From contig CM022671.1 in the NCBI GenBank assembly GCA_012295275.1, forward strand, positions 5,580,001 to 5,644,000: a stretch of DNA of 64,000 bases. Direction: 5' to 3'. Origin of the DNA: Chrysomallon squamiferum (Eukaryota; Animalia; Mollusca). The position numbers were made by a program, and so were the translations under genes. Positions within the stretch are counted from its first letter, which is position 1, and the number at the start of each line of letters is the position of its first letter. Positions 62,625 through 64,000 of the stretch are shown piece by piece. The notes under the pieces are model-generated. The model was not told where the DNA came from, searched no databases, and saw only the letters and a list, made by a program, of their open reading frames with translations.

Positions 62625-63090
62625 CTCTCTTGATACTTGGAAGCTTGACTAAATATATTGGCAGTATTCGTACTTGACAAATCTGACTGAATACTCATTC
62701 TTTTATGCTTGACAAATCTAACAGTGGACTGATATTATCATACTTGATAAATTAGGACTAAGTTCTGTCCATACTTGACAGATTTGACTAAAATGTATTG
62801 ACACTATTCATAATTTACTGAAGATTTCAACTCTTTATGCACTTGACCTGTTTGATTCTGTTAATTTTTGACAAATTTGTCGAAAAACTTCCTATATTGA
62901 TCAGTTAAATGTGTTGATTTTTGACTGGAAATTTTGACACTTTGTACTTGATTAAATATGTTGGCACTATCCATACTTGCCTGAAGATTTTTGCACTTTA
63001 TACTTGACAAACTTCACCAAGTATATTGCCTTTATTATGCTTGATAAGTAAATATTACGTTGACAGTTCAAAAATCTTGACTGACTAGTG
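62625..63090 (+). repeat. Degenerate repeat (TACTTGACAAA...TTGACT core) just downstream of the USP32 stop
   Basis: More than ten decayed (A/G)CTTGA(C/T) cores at irregular ~30-45 bp spacing. Confidence 0.55.
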
Positions 63091-63873
63091 TCCTGCGAAA
63101 GCAAAATAAACCAGATGAATATATTTTTAAAAAGACTAAAACAATTGATGAATACTGATTTTCTTAATCACTAGATTAGATTCTGATCAAAGAAATCCAT
63201 TCTATATAAGCAGTGCTACAAGTAATTATAGTTTAGTTATGATTTTTTTTTTTTTTTTTTGTGATTTAGTGGAATGTGAACATATATTTTAAAAATATCA
63301 TTTTAGCTTGCATCTAGTAACCCTCTGGCTCTCACAAAACAGTGATATATAAACTGTACACAAATTAACAAATCTGTCAAAACTTATCAGCTCCATCATG
63401 ATTTCTCAAGTTTTGTTAAATATACTCTGTGACTATGCATGACTCTATTCATATTTACGAATTTTGACCAAATCTAATGGTTCTCTAAAGTTTTGACAGA
63501 TTTGATTCAATGTATTGATCAAATTGTAGTCAGAGTTTTAAAAAAGAAATTATAAAGTTAAATTTTATGACGGTTTTTAAATATTACTTATTAGCTACTT
63601 AACAGTTGAGGAATTATTTTTCCTCTACAGAATTGTAAAATATATTAATTACATTGCTCTTTCAGTACAGTTTTAAAAGCTTTTAGTATTTTAATAACAG
63701 AATATAAGTTTGAATTAATGGTTAAGTTAATTAAGTGTCAGATAAATAATTATGTTGAAACAAAAGAAGTTTGACAAAAGATTAAATTAATTTCATTTTA
63801 TAAAACACTTAATTGTATTTAAGTTTTAAGTTTCTGATTGCTGTGACAGAATTTCATTTTTGAATGTTCACTG

Positions 63874-63906
<33 letters not shown>

Positions 63907-64000
63907 ATGAAATCTAAAAGAACTGGTTGTGAGTAGATACTGAGTATAAAAATTAATTAGAGAGAGTAAAAGTGATTTTCTAAAGGGCAAACTGTCAGTT

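Noticed and set aside
63874-63904. Poly(A) run as a retrocopy tail or transcript end
   Set aside because: Similar homopolymers occur throughout; no target-site duplication seen and the ATTAAA at 63781 is ~90 nt away.

Overview
Eukaryotic (animal) genomic DNA, very AT-rich and dense in microsatellites. The gene content and mosaic CpG pattern suggest an invertebrate, plausibly a mollusc (inference only). I reconstructed two intron-rich protein-coding genes by hand, arranged head-to-head with start codons about 820 bp apart. (1) A 14-exon, 538-aa divergent prolyl 4-hydroxylase alpha-subunit-like gene on the minus strand (28770-40143). (2) A 34-exon, ~1,480-aa USP32 deubiquitinase on the plus strand (40965-62315); its frame breaks only in exon 26, at a single assembly N (58009). 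The left ~28 kb has no supportable CDS. It holds CpG-rich, TF-motif-rich islands and a promoter with a non-coding first exon (~15.9-16.4 kb) of a minus-strand gene that probably leaves the window on the left. The most unusual signal is a recurrent pattern of tandem duplications anchored on exon-intron boundaries. In USP32 these give in-frame 84-bp donor repeats, a 9-copy donor array, a 31-bp acceptor array in register with the true acceptor, and 92-bp and 48-bp acceptor-side duplications; two more arrays flank P4H exon 11. No prokaryotic features (CRISPR, operons) are present, and most ORF-track entries are simple-repeat artefacts. Homology calls rest on remembered family motifs, not on a database search.
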